Source of the DNA: the human T2T-CHM13v2.0 reference genome, Homo sapiens
Assembly: GCF_009914755.1 (NCBI RefSeq)
Contig: NC_060930.1
Length of the DNA: 64,000 nucleotides
Reading direction: 5' to 3' (one strand)
This document shows positions 1-12,950 of this stretch, piece by piece (position 1 is the stretch's first letter; every line of letters begins with the position of its first letter). The position numbers and the translations under genes were made by a program. The notes under the pieces were generated by a model. The model did not search any database. It saw nothing but the letters and a program-made list of their open reading frames with translations, and was not told where the DNA came from.

Positions 1-189
1 CTCAAGTAGCTGCAATTACAGGCACATGCCGCCACACCCAGATTTTTTTTTTTTTTTTTTTGTATTTTAGTAGAGACAGGGGTTTCACCATGTTGCCCAG
101 GCTAGTCTCGAACTTCTGAGCTCAGTCAATCCACCCGCCTCGGCCTCCCAAAATTCTAGGATTACAGGCGTGAGCCACCACACCCAGCC
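1..189 (-). mobile_element. Alu (truncated by window edge)
   Basis: Antisense Alu motifs: tgtattttagtagagacagggg...ggattacaggcgtgagccacc. Confidence 0.95.
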
Positions 190-271
190 CACCTCAAATA
201 TTTTACCAGTTCAATGGCAGCAAAGAAAACAGGGAGAGAAATGGTTCTCTAAATTTTCAAGAGTACTTCTA

Positions 272-619
<348 letters not shown>

Positions 620-1297
620 TAGCTAGCTATTGCTGAGTAACAAACTACCCTAAAACTTAGCAGCTTAAAACAACAATAATCATCTGTTTTGCTCATGACC
701 CTGCAATTTAGGTGAGGTTCAACAAGAACAACTCCTCTCTGCTTCACAATATCTGGGGTTTCAGCTAGGATGTTTCATATGGCTGGACACTGGGAAGCCA
801 TGGTGCATTAAGCTGACTTGTACCAGCTTGCAAAAGCCAATTGTTAAATATTCAGAAATTTTTTACAAGCAGTTGTTATACTATTGGTAACTTTAAATTG
901 GCCCTGGTGAGACTAATTACAGTCAGAAATCAACAAACACTATAAATCAGGGCAGTTTTCATTCACAGAGTAGGTTTACCAGCACACCACTGTTGGCCAG
1001 GCATCTCTCTCTCTCCATCACATGGCTAACTTGGGCTTCCTTACAACATGGCAGTTTCAGGGTAGTTAGGCTTCTTACAGGGTGGCTGGAACTTTCCCAG
1101 ACCGAGTGTCCCAAAGAATCTAATCAGAAACTACTTCACTTATTACCTATTCCCAGATGTCCCAGAATGTCACTTCTCTCACATTCTATTGGCTAAGCAA
1201 ATCACTAAAACCAACCCGATTCAAAGAAAATGATTAGACTTCACCTTTCGATGGGAGGAGGGGCAGAGAACATGTGGCCATCTTTAATCGACCATAG
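620..1297 (-). mobile_element. MaLR (MLT1-type) LTR, interrupted by MER63
   Basis: gctattgctgagtaacaaactaccctaaaacttagcagcttaaaacaac is the antisense MLT1 LTR 3' end; continues after 993. Confidence 0.75.
799..992 (+). mobile_element. MER63-like hAT-Blackjack DNA transposon
   Basis: gccaattgttaaatattcagaaatt... and terminal tttaccagcacaccactg match the recalled MER63 consensus. Confidence 0.75.
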
Positions 1298-1619
1298 CAT
1301 AGGACAAGAGTCTAGGGTGTAGCAGACGGTTACTGGTCTAGATAGCAGAAGACTCAAGTCATATCCCTCCTCTACTTCTTACTAGATGTGTGCCTTCAGC
1401 ATGTCATTTAACTTACTTAAATGTCCTTTTCTTCATTGTTAAACAAACAGACAAACAAAGTAAAAGAAAGAAAAGAGGAGTGCCAAGAACCTTCATTTTG
1501 CCTATTTCTCAGGATTATCGTTTGGAGCAAGTAAGATCATTTTAATGTACCTAGATGTAATTTGGCACCATATAGAGTCAAGGCTCTGCTGCAATAGTTT
1601 TTCATATATGTGCTGTAAT

Positions 1620-1746
1620 TACGTTGACCATATAATTCATCATTCAAACCAGGACACTTTGTAGAGTGAAAGGGGATGCTATTAATAATTACATAACAGG
1701 TATAATCAGGACTGAACCCAGTAAATCTGCTTGCATGGTCACCAGC
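1620..1746. mobile_element. MER81-like hAT-Blackjack MITE
   Basis: tgaccatataatt...caaaccaggacacttt...gctattaataattac...atggtcacc with degenerate TIRs. Confidence 0.7.
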
Positions 1747-2510
1747 TATAATAAATATGCCAGTTTTCAGAAAAGAAACTGAGTGATGTGAACTGGGTTA
1801 TGTTTCCCAATGGTGAGCATCTAGTGGGGAAAAAATAAGTAAACATTCAAGGAAGAATTCAGCAAGTCAAAGAGATCCAGCTGAAAATTTCCAATGGAAT
1901 AAGGCAGACTACAAATAGACATACAAAGTAAAAATGAAAAACAATCTCTTTTTTGTCTAATTCAAATCATTTCTTCTTTCCCAACATCAAGTAACCCACT
2001 CAGGTTCCCCATTTAGCTCACGACCGGTGTGCTTGCCTCTCCTCTGACCTCTATCCAGTCATTTCTCCACTGTGCTCCCCTCCCACAGAGAATTCTATCC
2101 ACAATGCAAAATGTCTTGGATCATTCCCTGGCATAAACCCCTTTAATGGCCCTTCATCACTTGCAGGAGATTCCTTCAGCCCCAAGCATGGTACAGGCAC
2201 ACTATGGTCTGGCCCTCCCCCTACCTTTCCCCAGCCTCCTCTCCTACCCCCTCTGACCTCACACTTTATTTATATTCTAGAAATTCCCAAACACTTGTAT
2301 CTCCTGATGTGCAGTGCTAAGGTCTGTATGGTGACACCTTGCTCTGAGCCATTGTCTCAGCCTGCAATGTTCTCCCCCATTGCCTCTGCCTCTCCAGGTC
2401 TCACTCGTGATTGTAGTCGCCACTCAGGGGTCATCCCTGAAGGAACGACTAGACATCCCAGGCCAGGGACAATGCCCTCCCCGATGCTCACCGAGCATCC
2501 TGAATACTGG

Positions 2511-2745
2511 AATGGTTAAGGGCACAGACTTGGGGCACAGAATGCCTAGGTTCAGATCCCAGCTGAACTTGGGCAAGTTGCTTAATCAAGCTATGCCTCA
2601 GTTTCCCCACCTGTAAAATATATTAAATAGGACTCATCTAGTGAGGTTGTAGTGAGGATTAACTGTGTTAACATTAATATAATACATATATAATTTGATA
2701 CGGTGCCTGGCACACAGACCATTCCCCGTAAGTAGTAGTTGTTGT
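2511..2745 (+). mobile_element. MIR
   Basis: Core ttgggcaagttgcttaa...gcctcagtttccccacctgtaaaat. Confidence 0.85.
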
Positions 2746-2852
2746 CCTCAGATGTCGTCTGTATCTGGCTCTTGCAAGGGCAAAGGCTGGATCTAATTCA
2801 CATGGGTATCCCTGGAGGCTCCTAATAAGTGTTGGTTGAAATGAACTGAGTT

Positions 2853-3163
<311 letters not shown>

Positions 3164-4391
3164 GAAATGAACTGAGTTTAGGAGTTCTTGGGCAACTTCA
3201 GGGAGACTCTCCGTTCCCCTGTTACATTAGGGGACTCATTAATGTAATAAGGAGGCACTGAAACTTTGATTTCAGCTGCTGATGGGATGACTTTGCCATG
3301 AGGAAAATGGCCTACCCATTATACCAGCCGTGCTCCTGCTCCTTCCAAATCCCTAGGGAAACTCACCTCGCTGGCTCTGCCTGCCCTTGGTGTTTCTTTC
3401 AGTTTGTTTCTCCCACTCCCTGCCCTGATCCCCAGGCAGCTCCTTTCCTAGAGGAGGGCAGCTTCTGACACCCAAACTCCAGAATCACGCATGTGCCTAA
3501 CCACATGAGGAGACCAAAAAAATAAATAAATACATACGTAATAAATACAGCACCTTGTATTTGTTTTCTCGCTCTAAGTCCAGGAGTTGGAGATTTTCCC
3601 TCAAATTTCAACTTCCCTTTCTCTGGCCTCACATTTCTAAATATACTCAAATGAGGATTTTATGAGCAAACCAAGTTATACATAAAACATTTTTACATTC
3701 CTACACTGACAAAGTGATTTAACTGTGTAAAGGGCACTTGAAGTCTAAGTATGACACATGCTTCAAAATTTCCTTAAATTTCCACTTTTAAAAAAAGGGA
3801 TTTTGAAGAACTCCAGAATTCCCAGACATTTTCCTACTCTAGCCTGACTCTCAAGTGGCAATGTGTGACCATGCAGCAGCCTGTTCCATGAAAAGCACTC
3901 CTGAGTGGAGAAGGCTAGGGCCTCACCGAGTCTTTTGTGTCCAGGCACAAGCCCTTCCATCACCATCACCGCCTCCCACACCACACTGAACTTCCCAAGA
4001 AGAAGATGCCATAAACAGCTGGAGTTGCCTCTGCAGAGCAAAGCTCCCAGGAGGCCAAACATCTGGGCAGCTGCCAAGAGCTCCAGTTCCTCCAGCCCTT
4101 CTCCGTTTTAGGGACCTTAACATCCCTTTTTCCCCAGATCTCTTAGCAAATGCCTAACTGCATTCTGGGGTGATCACACCCACTAAAGTGCTTCGTTGGG
4201 TCAAGGAAGCACAGGAGAGAAGCCAGTTGCCCTACCAGTGTCCTAGCATAACAGCTGTTAAATCCAGAGGGGTGCATCCTGCCCAAGACAGGGTGAAGCA
4301 CTGGTCTTTGTCTCAGAACAGAAAACAGAAAAGGGTCAGAACTACGTCAGCAGGAATTTGGGCTTAAAGTTTCTGATAATCAGTTAGTGGG

Positions 4392-4750
4392 CATCTTAGT
4401 TCATCCTGGCTGCTATAACAAAATACTTTAGACTGGGTAATTTATGAACAAAAATGTATTGCTCGCAGTTCTGGAAGCTGGAAAGTCTAAGATCAAGGCA
4501 CCAGCAGATTCGGTATCTATGGGGAGGGGGGACTTGTTCTCTCCTCCAAAGATGCTGCCTTCTTGCTGCATTCTCACATGGCTGAAGGAGTGGGAGGGGC
4601 AGGCAGTCTCCCACAAGTCACTTTATAAGGGCACTAATCTCATTTAGGAGAGCCCCACCCTCATGACCCTAATCACCTCCTAAAGGCCCCAATTGTGGAT
4701 TAAATTCCAACATACAAATTTGGGGGGCACTCCCACATTCACACCATAGC
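4392..4750 (-). mobile_element. MaLR LTR (MLT1A/MST-like)
   Basis: gctgctataacaaaatac...gttctggaagctggaaagtctaagatcaaggcaccagcagattc...ccatagca. Confidence 0.85.
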
Positions 4751-4829
4751 ACTGGGTGAAATGAGGACCAAGAGCTTAGGGACAGATGTTTATAGAGTGG
4801 GCACCTGCTGCAGTCTTGGCAGGAGAGGC

Positions 4830-5075
4830 AGTATGACCTGGAGGCACAGAGCCCTAGAGCCCCTCAGCCCTAGTTTGAATTCCGGCTCTCCTAGTTGCCA
4901 GCTGCATCTTTGGGTAAGATATCTACACTCTCTAAGCCTTGGCATCCTCATTTGTAAAATGAGATGATGGTAACAATAGTGCCCATGCCATGGTTTTTCT
5001 ATGGGGATTAAATATAAAAGGGCTCAATATAGAGTGTTACATACGAGGCTGCTCAGTAAGTGCTACAATTGTTAT
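4830..5075 (+). mobile_element. MIR
   Basis: tttgaatccggctct...ctcatttgtaaaatgagatgatggtaacaatagt. Confidence 0.75.
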
Positions 5076-5199
5076 TTTTATTCCTAAGGTTTGGGATTTC
5101 CCTGGACTCATAAGAAGACCAATTTCTAAACCAGCACCTGCCTCTCCACCACATGACCTCATCTTCACCATAGAGGTAGATGTCCAGTTCACACCACCT

Positions 5200-5264
5200 G
5201 AAAAACTGAGGGCCTCAGAGAAACTGAGGCCTCAGAGAAACAGAGAAACTGAGGGCCTCAGAGA
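5200..5264. repeat. Short tandem triplication of (g/a)aaactgagg(g)cctcaga
   Basis: Three near-identical 17-18-bp units seen directly; the unit resembles the MIR core gaaactgaggc. Confidence 0.85.
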
Positions 5265-5699
5265 ACTCCTGCAGGCCCTCCAGCTGGCCACTGCCAGCCC
5301 TGCCCAGGACCCCATATCTCACCAGTTACTTGTGTCCACCCTGTCTCCTTGCTCCATCCTACCCCAGTTTAGAGAGTGAGAATGCTGGCTGGGACCCCAA
5401 AGACCTATCTGCAACTCCCCAACTCCAAGAAAGGGGGGGCTCCAACAAGGCAGGGCTGTAATGAGATGGAAGATTTGGGCTAATCCGGAGCCAAATGAGG
5501 GCCTAATTCCTGCTGTAAAAATCTGTCAGCTGCTAGTTAACAGTTCCTCTGGCCCTGGGCTTGAGGGTGGGGGTGGGGGGTGGCCTCTGTTTGCAGGAGC
5601 AGTTGGGCTTGTACCTAGGGTGTTGTTTTTCTCCCTTTTCCTTGTTTTTACGTTTTAGGAATGTGAATATAAACTTTATGGAGGGGCCTGGTCTCTGTT

Positions 5700-6910
5700 C
5701 ACACCGGGTGCTAATAACCCACAGCTGAAAGCAGAGGCTCAGAGGAAACCCGGGAGGTGCAGCGCGCAGAAGGCTACAGGAACCGGAGGGGCGGGCACGC
5801 GGCTGGAGGAGGGGGCCGGGACGATATTTAATATTTAATTTGCTGGGTTTTTTTTTTTTAATGTGGAAACTTTTAGACACAAACTGGCCCCTGTGTTTAA
5901 GTCATTAAAACATCTTTAAGCATTTTCTGGTTTGAGTTTGCTCTGCAGCCGTCCTGGTTCCTGGAATGTATTTTATTTTTCTTTTAAGTCGGTGAAAGCA
6001 GAAGCAGAAGGAGGTTGGGGGTAGGGGGCTGGTATGGGGGAAAAGTGCATTTCCAACAGATTTTTCTTTTTCTTGTTCCTGGGGTGGGGAAGAGGGCGGA
6101 GAAGGAGAGAACAGGGCTCCCTGTGTCTGATCTTTAATCCCCAGGAATCCCGCTCGGCCTTTTAGGGCCCATGCACTTGCTGACACGACATACATTCGCC
6201 GCCTATGTCGGGGGCGTCTCTCGCCCTCTAGGCCGAGCAGGGAATCGTTACAAACTGGGTTAAAGTCGCCCTAGGCTTGGGGGCGGGCGAGGAGCGGCGC
6301 TGGGACGTGGCGCGCCAACCGAGCGCACCAGAGCGCGGCGCGGCGCGGCGGGAAACAGGCTTGGGCCTCGGTTGTCCCGCGGCCCAACCAAGGGGCCCGG
6401 GCCTCCTCTCTGCCAGGGCTCACAGCGACGCCCTCACGGCGGAATCTCAAGCACTTCCGCTTGGCACCCAGGTCCAGTGTCTGCCTCGGCCGTCTTGGCC
6501 GGGCGCCACACGTGGCAAGGACAGTGCCTAACGCAGTTGCTCCAGGGGGACAGGGACGGAACGCGCACGTGGCAACCCAGGGCCTAAGGGGACGCCTGCA
6601 ACGCTTCTGCCCCCAGCGCTTCGTGCCCGCTTTCTTGACCTCAGGACGAAGCCCTAATAAACCAGCAGCACAGCCCTGGCGTCTTAAAGAAGGAGGCCTA
6701 GAATTCGGATTCCTGGGCCGCAAGGTCTGAACCCAGACTCAGAAGAGCCGCGGTCAGAGATAGGAGCCGGATATCCGCGCAGAAACTGTGCTTTCTTTGC
6801 GGTGGAGACGCCCAGGCCAGGAGTGGGGCTGAAAGTTAAATGGGATCCCCAGGCCACCTCTCGAAAGTGGGGTAGTTACCCCGGTACTGCTCTGACTAGG
6901 CGGGAGGATT
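5700..6910. promoter_or_regulatory. CpG island (orphan), with AT-rich insert at about 5820-5990
   Basis: Dense CpG/GC (gcgcggcgcggcgcggcggg etc.); no coding exon recognised. Confidence 0.85.
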
Positions 6911-7214
6911 GGCATCCCCAGGACGGAGCCCTACCAGGCAGGCAGAGTTGGAGTTATCCCATCAGTGGCGCAGAACTTTATGGCCTCAGCGAATCCCAGC
7001 CCCAGTTTCAGCTCCTCTGGGAACTCCCTCCCCTACTGAGTCTGTCTTTTCATTTGAATAATGGGGAGGCCTGAACACCTTTTAGGGGAGGGAGGGAGGA
7101 ATGAGCAGTTTTCCAAAAAGCGTTCTTTTTCACAAGCTTGGAAAATAGGATGGAGGCGCGTCTGAGAGATGAGGATTTGGCGGGCCGTCTGGAGTGGGTA
7201 ATGGGAAGCTCAAG

Positions 7215-7216
<2 letters not shown>

Positions 7217-7251
<35 letters not shown>
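7217..7251. repeat. (GT)n microsatellite
   Basis: About 17 uninterrupted GT units. Confidence 0.97.
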
Positions 7252-7254
<3 letters not shown>

Positions 7255-7969
7255 AGACATAGTCGAGTTAGGGAAACTCTTCGTCTAGGAGAGCCTCTTG
7301 TAAGGTGATCCGTCTCCTCCTTCCTGCCAGGCTCAGAGGCCACCAGCACAGATGGCTAGTCTACCAGCTCCCCAGGGGAGCCTCCTCACTGCAGTCCTCT
7401 GCGACTCCACACTGCACCAGTGTCAGGGACTGTCTAGGAGCAAAGAGGAGGCCTGAGAGGCCGCCAGGCGAGGAGGTCTCACAGAGCCCAGGGCACGGCC
7501 ACTTCAGAGCCTTTTGGCCTTGCTCCTCTCAAACGCCCTGGGACTTGGGGTGGAGGTGGTGGGTAGGTCATGGTAAACCAAGGACTTGGTGGTTGCATGA
7601 AAGCAAGGGACTTGAACCAGTTCCTGAGCTGGTTCCATTCCTCCTTCACCCACCCAGCAGGCTTTCAGGGTGCCTGGCATTATGCTAGGGGTAGAAGGAC
7701 AAACTGGATCCTCCGGGAGTTTGCAGCCTTGGCAGAGGAGCTGGGCTGAAGTTTAGTGAAGGGAGCGGCCAAGCACCTGGTTATCTCACTGCCTAAAGAC
7801 CTTGGTTCCAATCCTGCCTATGCCGGACCTGGACTTACTCATGACCTTATCAGGACTGCTTTAGTGATTTTTGCCCTAAAATTAGAAGGCCTTGCAGGTC
7901 AGGAAGCTACGGCTCCATGGGTCCCTGAGCTGTCCTGTGCCATATCATGAAGGTAGGCCCAGTCCATCC

Positions 7970-8810
7970 TCACACTTCCACCCTTCAGGCTCGGTGTCTT
8001 GGCGGCCGCCGCCTCCAGCCCGAGAGTCTCTAGCTGAGTGAATAACTAGCGCTCCTGCGCGCAGCAAACACACATTGCTGAATTCCCAAAGAGAAGAAAG
8101 CGTCCAGAGAGGGCTGTCTTTCATTTGGAGAGAGCTTTTCATCTGGCAAGATCCCTCCTGCTGGCCTCTCACGCTACTGGGGTTGGAGGAGGAAGAGTGA
8201 GACCTCGCACGTGCTGAGCGGATGGAGTGAACCTGGGCTTCCCAGCAGCAATGCGCCATGGGTCCCCCGAGCGGGGCCCGGGGACCCGCTGGGCGCCTTC
8301 CACAGATCCACAGAGCCTGGCCCGCTGTGCACCCTCGGCCCTCCCGGGAAGGACCTTTCCAGCCGTCCCTGCGCGCTCTTCGCTGCAGATTCCGGGAACT
8401 CTGGAGGCGCAAACGGCTCTGCCTTTGGGACGCAGTTCCATTCTGCAAACAAGCAGGCCCTGGCAGTAATTTGGCTCTGAAAATTGGTGCCACAGGAACA
8501 GCTGAGAGCTGGCAAGGCCGGCGCCCCCGTGGGTCAGCGTCTGTCAGTCCGCATTAAGATATGCAAAGCCGAGGCGCCCGCGCAGCCGCCTTCGCCTCTC
8601 GGCCCGGCGCGTAATTGGTGTCAACTGTTTGATTGCGATAATTGCTACTGTCTGGGGAGGTGGCTTCCAGGCCCCGGTGGGACAGGGCCCGCCACTCGCC
8701 CCCGAGGGCCTCCTAGACCCTGCCCTCTCCTGCCGACTGCTCGCGGAGACCCACAGGCCCGGGACTCCGGTGGGACTCCCCGTTCCTCCCTCCCTTTCCC
8801 TGCGAGCAAG
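7970..8810. promoter_or_regulatory. CpG island containing an enhancer-like homeodomain/TALE motif cluster
   Basis: CpG-dense; TAATTG 8612 and 8639, TGTCA 8542 and 8619, TGATTG 8630. Confidence 0.8.
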
Positions 8811-9349
8811 GGTGGAGTGGGGAGGAGAGAGAGGGTCTATCCGCCCCAATCCCCACCCCCCACACCAACACAAACTACATCTTCTTTTGGAGGGAAGAGG
8901 AACGGGAGTGTTTAGGCCTGCATGCTTCAACCCGAGTCCCACATTTCTGATCCCATAATAGTCAAGACCACAATTACCCTCGTGGCCATTACCTTGGCTG
9001 GACCTCACTAGAGCCTGTGGAATCAGTATTATTACCTCCTCCCTTAGAGATAGGAAACTGAGCTGCAGGGAGTTAGAGCATGGACCTGGTGAGAAGCAAG
9101 GCCAGGCAGGAAAGATAAGCTCTCCCTAGAACCCTACCCTCTTTCCCATTCCACAGAAGAGGAGGCCTGGCAGCCAGCTTCATTTGGGGATTTGTAGTGA
9201 ATTCACTAATCACCCTGATTTTGGGGTGCTTGGGCCCGTGGAGGCAGGACCATTTGGGGGTAGCCATGCAATGCCTCCTGTCATGTCTTAAGGACTTGGA
9301 AAAGCAAAGTGGGCATCCAGGGTATCTCATGACCAAGCTGGCTTCTAGA

Positions 9350-9564
9350 GCAGGATTTCTCAAGCTTGGCCTGGATACATCTTTATTGTAGGGGCCGTCC
9401 TGTGCGTTATAGGATGTTTAGCAGCATTCTTGGCCTCTACCCATTATATACTGGTGGCACACCCACCCACCCCTTCCCCAGTTGTTATAACCAAAAATGC
9501 CTCCAGAAATTGCCAAGTGTCCCTGGTGAGGAGGGAAACAAACTGCTCCCAGTTGAGAACTGCT
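9350..9564 (-). mobile_element. MER20 hAT-Charlie DNA transposon
   Basis: Antisense MER20: gtcctgtgc...aggatgtttagcagcat...aaccaaaaatgcctccagaaattgccaagtgtccctgg...gttgagaactgctg. Confidence 0.85.
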
Positions 9565-9661
9565 GGTCTCAACTGGGTCCCTGTAAGATCCAGAGCCAGG
9601 TGTCTCAAGTCTGGCAAGTAAGTCTAATTCAAAGAAAAATTTCCATATCAACTCGTATGCT

Positions 9662-9859
9662 AGACACAGAAATAAGTAAGTCAGGGCCACTGCCTTCAAA
9701 AGAAAACAATGACAGGCTTAGAGACAGAGATGTAGATGCCATGTCAGAAGCAGCACAGAATGTTAGGGGAGCTCTGAGCAGAACTCCTAAAGCAGGCTGG
9801 GAGTAGTCTAGGAGAGCTTCTCAGAGGAGGCAGTGCTTGAACTAGAAGGATGACTAATA
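9662..9859 (+). repeat. Old local direct duplication, copy 1 (L2-like); copy 2 at 11697-11891
   Basis: Collinear with copy 2, including exact cagaactcctaaagcaggctggg. Confidence 0.85.
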
Positions 9860-9979
9860 GATGTCCTTTACATTTAGTAAGTAACAACAACAATCCTGAC
9901 TAGAATGCATTGCTATTTGCCTCTGTTCTGTTTTCTTAACTTGCCTGGAATAGGAAGGGCTTGGAATGAAAGTTTCTGG

Positions 9980-10607
9980 AATATGGGGCTGCAAATACGC
10001 AAACCCCAGTGGAGAACAGGGGTGTAGGGGGGGTGTCTGCAGGAGCAGGCAATGAAAAAGTTTGTTGTCTGTAGGGAATTTTAAAACAATAATAAAATCT
10101 ACTAAAAGTCATGTGCTTTTTCTGTTATCACCATGCGCCAGCCATTTTGTGTCAGTAATAAAATACTCCTCCCTGAAGTAAAAAAAAAAAACTCGTCTGT
10201 TGTGCTATGTTCTAAGCAATTACTGTGGTGACTGTTGAGTTTCAAATTAGCACATTTCTATTACTTATCCTTTAGTAAAGATTGTACACTACCTGATAGT
10301 TAATTTGAAGGACTCTCATGTATATAGTCAGCCCAGAATACACAGGACTCAGCTACACTCTTCATTTTGAGATTAAGTTTAAATTCAAATTCATTAGAGC
10401 TGGCTTCAGCCACAGTTGTGTCTCAAATCCTATAGTTCTGCACATCCCTGCCTTTAAACAGTAGATTCAAAATCAACAATGATGCACGGTGATTGCAAAG
10501 ACAAAGTAACAGACTCAAGCTACTTCAATTCTGTTATTCTCCATGCAAATCATTCTCTGAAACTTGCAGTTTACTCTTTTGGGAGGCTTTCCTTTTTGTT
10601 GTTATTC

Positions 10608-10638
<31 letters not shown>

Positions 10639-10979
10639 TGAGACAGGGTCTGGCTCTGTCACCCAGGCTGGAATGCAGTGACACAATCTTGGCTCACGGC
10701 AAACTTGGGAGTCTTTCTTCATGTGTTTCTTCCCCCTACTCCCCACCCCGCAAAATTAATATAATTTTCAAGTATCAGTTGCTTTTGTCTTTTTGTACTG
10801 TAGTATTTGTTTATTTCCTGATACAATTATACAGAGTTGAATAAAAGAACAGTTACACTGTCTGACTTTTCTGGCCATTATTATTTACTTGTTATTCATC
10901 ATCATGGTGATAATTTGATAATATAGGAGGTGTTAAAAATGATTTACTAAGGGTGCCTAACACATTAGGTACCCCACTG
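9980..10979. mobile_element. hAT-Tip100-like DNA transposon relic (Arthur1/MER69-like) with nested Alu fragment
   Basis: AT-rich body ending taggtaccccactg (TIR-like); partial antisense Alu at about 10606-10706. Confidence 0.5.
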
Positions 10980-11696
10980 GTCTGGAAAAAAATGCCAGAT
11001 CCAGTGAGTGCCCCACAAGGCCACCACTCCCTGGACCCTCGTGGCTGCCTGCTGGGGGCTGGCAGGCGGCCCGATGGGCAATGTGGACCAATGTTTCCCT
11101 CTCACCTGCCTTCCCTAGGCTCTTTCCCTGCTAAGTCCCTCCACAGCAGCCCTACCCCATCCACCCCTCATCCTTCTCTTCCCTGTCCTCTCAGCCCAGT
11201 CTCAGTTGTGACTGGGTAGGGAAGTCTCTCAGAGGAGCTAAGGTATGACCTCAGGGCTGGCACAGTTCAATGTAGGCCACAGCCTCAGCAGGACCTGAGA
11301 ATGCATCCTGTTCAAGAGCCTCAGCATATTGGGGAAACTGAGGCCAAAGAGAGGCAATACCCAGCCTAAGATCCCCTAGCCGGTTAGTGGGTCAGGGCAG
11401 AGCTGGAACTCATTACTTCTGGCCTGCCTGTCTGTGTCCTTTCATGACACCACTCAGCCGTAACCTAACAAGATGGGCTAATGGGAGAACTTTAGTCATC
11501 AGCGGCAGGCCTCCCTGGGTGTTCTTTCTGGCCAGGAGGGCTGTCCTCGCGCCCTTTTCTGGCTCCAGAGTAGCCAAACTCCCAGCCTTGGGCTGCTAAT
11601 GGTGCTCCTCTTGGCACAAAGGAAGAGGCTGATGGCAATTGACTCATCAAAGACATTTTGGCCCCTACTATTGCCTAGACTTGTGCTATACCCCAG

Positions 11697-11891
11697 AGAC
11701 ACAGAAATAAATAAGTCACTGCCACTGACTTCAAGAGAATAATCAAGGCATAAAGACTGGGTTTTCGATGTCACATCAGACTCAGCACAGAATGTTCAGG
11801 GTGCCCAGAACAGAACTCCTAAAGCAGGCTGGGGGCAGTATGAGAGGGCTTCCCAGAGGAGGCAGTGCTTGGGCTTGAAGGATGCCTAATA
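11697..11891 (+). repeat. Old local direct duplication, copy 2
   Basis: agacacagaaataa...cagaggaggcagtgcttg...gaaggatg.ctaata aligns to 9662-9859. Confidence 0.85.
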
Positions 11892-12247
11892 AAAGGCTGG
11901 CAAAAAGAGGTGGGAGTGTGGGTAGCTTCAGAAGAGGACACTACTCAGGGTGCCAGCTCCCCCTGGAACCTGTGGAGACCTAATCATGCAAGGCACCTTC
12001 TGCCAAGCCCTACCCCCTGTCTCAGTCCACCTCAGAACTCACCTCCAAGCAACCCATTCGGGCTTCTCTGATGCCATTGGCCTCCTTGTGCATCCGTCAG
12101 TAGGACTGGGCTCCTCTGCAGCTGGCTGTCCTCTGTTCCCTCTCTTAAGCCCCTGGGGTCCCGACCCTTGTGTCTCTTCCTGCCCATCCCCCAGCTTGGT
12201 GCAGGTTGGAGCCTTGAGCTCAGGTGGCCTTTCCCTCTTTCCATTCT

Positions 12248-12474
12248 CTCTTTCCTCTTCCTCTTTTTCTTCTCATTCCTTCATCCTCGGCTTTGTCATT
12301 TTCTCTCTCTCCTTGTTCCCCTGTGTAAACTGAGGGCAGGGCCAGGTGTGTGATGGAATTCTCTAGACTAGGTTCCAGGTGACCTATACCCACAGGCATC
12401 GGCCTTTCCCTGGGGAGCTGGGGTTAGCACCCAGCCAGACTCTTGGCCTAGAGCTGAGGTTGGAGGCAGGGAGT
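12248..12474 (+). repeat. 227-bp inverted duplication, arm A (donor, unique sequence)
   Basis: Reverse complement matches 13739-13965 at 225/227 positions (manual alignment). Confidence 0.97.
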
Positions 12475-12654
12475 TGGGGGAGAAAGACAGTGTGACCCAG
12501 CATGGTAGGGCTGCCCCTTTTTTTCAAGAAAAGGAGATCTGAGGACTCTTCAAGGCAAAGACCTCGGCTCTCAGCACCTGTGAGTTCTACTTCCAGGAAG
12601 CCCCCTTCCCTCTCCACTCCCCCCTTCCCAGTTCTGCTGCTGCTGAGGTGGCTC

Positions 12655-12950
12655 CTGCTCCCATTTCAAACAGCACCAGATCCATTAATAGCATCAATTT
12701 TATTTGCACCAGCCCCAGCTCCCTCCCCGCTCCCCAGGGGCACCCGATCCAGAATGCCAGGCCCTGCTTCCTTTTCTCCTGGAACACACTGACTCCCTCC
12801 CTTGGGCGCCGGGGGAGTTGGCAGGATAATAACCTGTGAGAGGAAAACTCTCTTCTCCCTGCCTTCTAATCTTCAGCGCTCACCAAATTAGAAAAGGCAT
12901 CAGAAGCCCATCGGGCAGACTGCCGCAGGGATGTCATGCCATTAACCCCG
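12655..12950. promoter_or_regulatory. Candidate conserved enhancer between the inverted arms
   Basis: Repeat-free; ccattaatagcatcaattttatttgcac (homeodomain, PBX-like ATCAAT, octamer-like ATTTGCA), aattag, tgtca, cattaa. Confidence 0.6.

Noticed and set aside
6220-6237. CTCF-like motif on the minus strand (ggcctagagggcga)
   Set aside because: The 5' half mismatches the CCASY core; too weak to call.
7945-9008. Cluster of 80-182 aa ORFs
   Set aside because: Same CpG-island artefact; no recognisable protein or splice structure.
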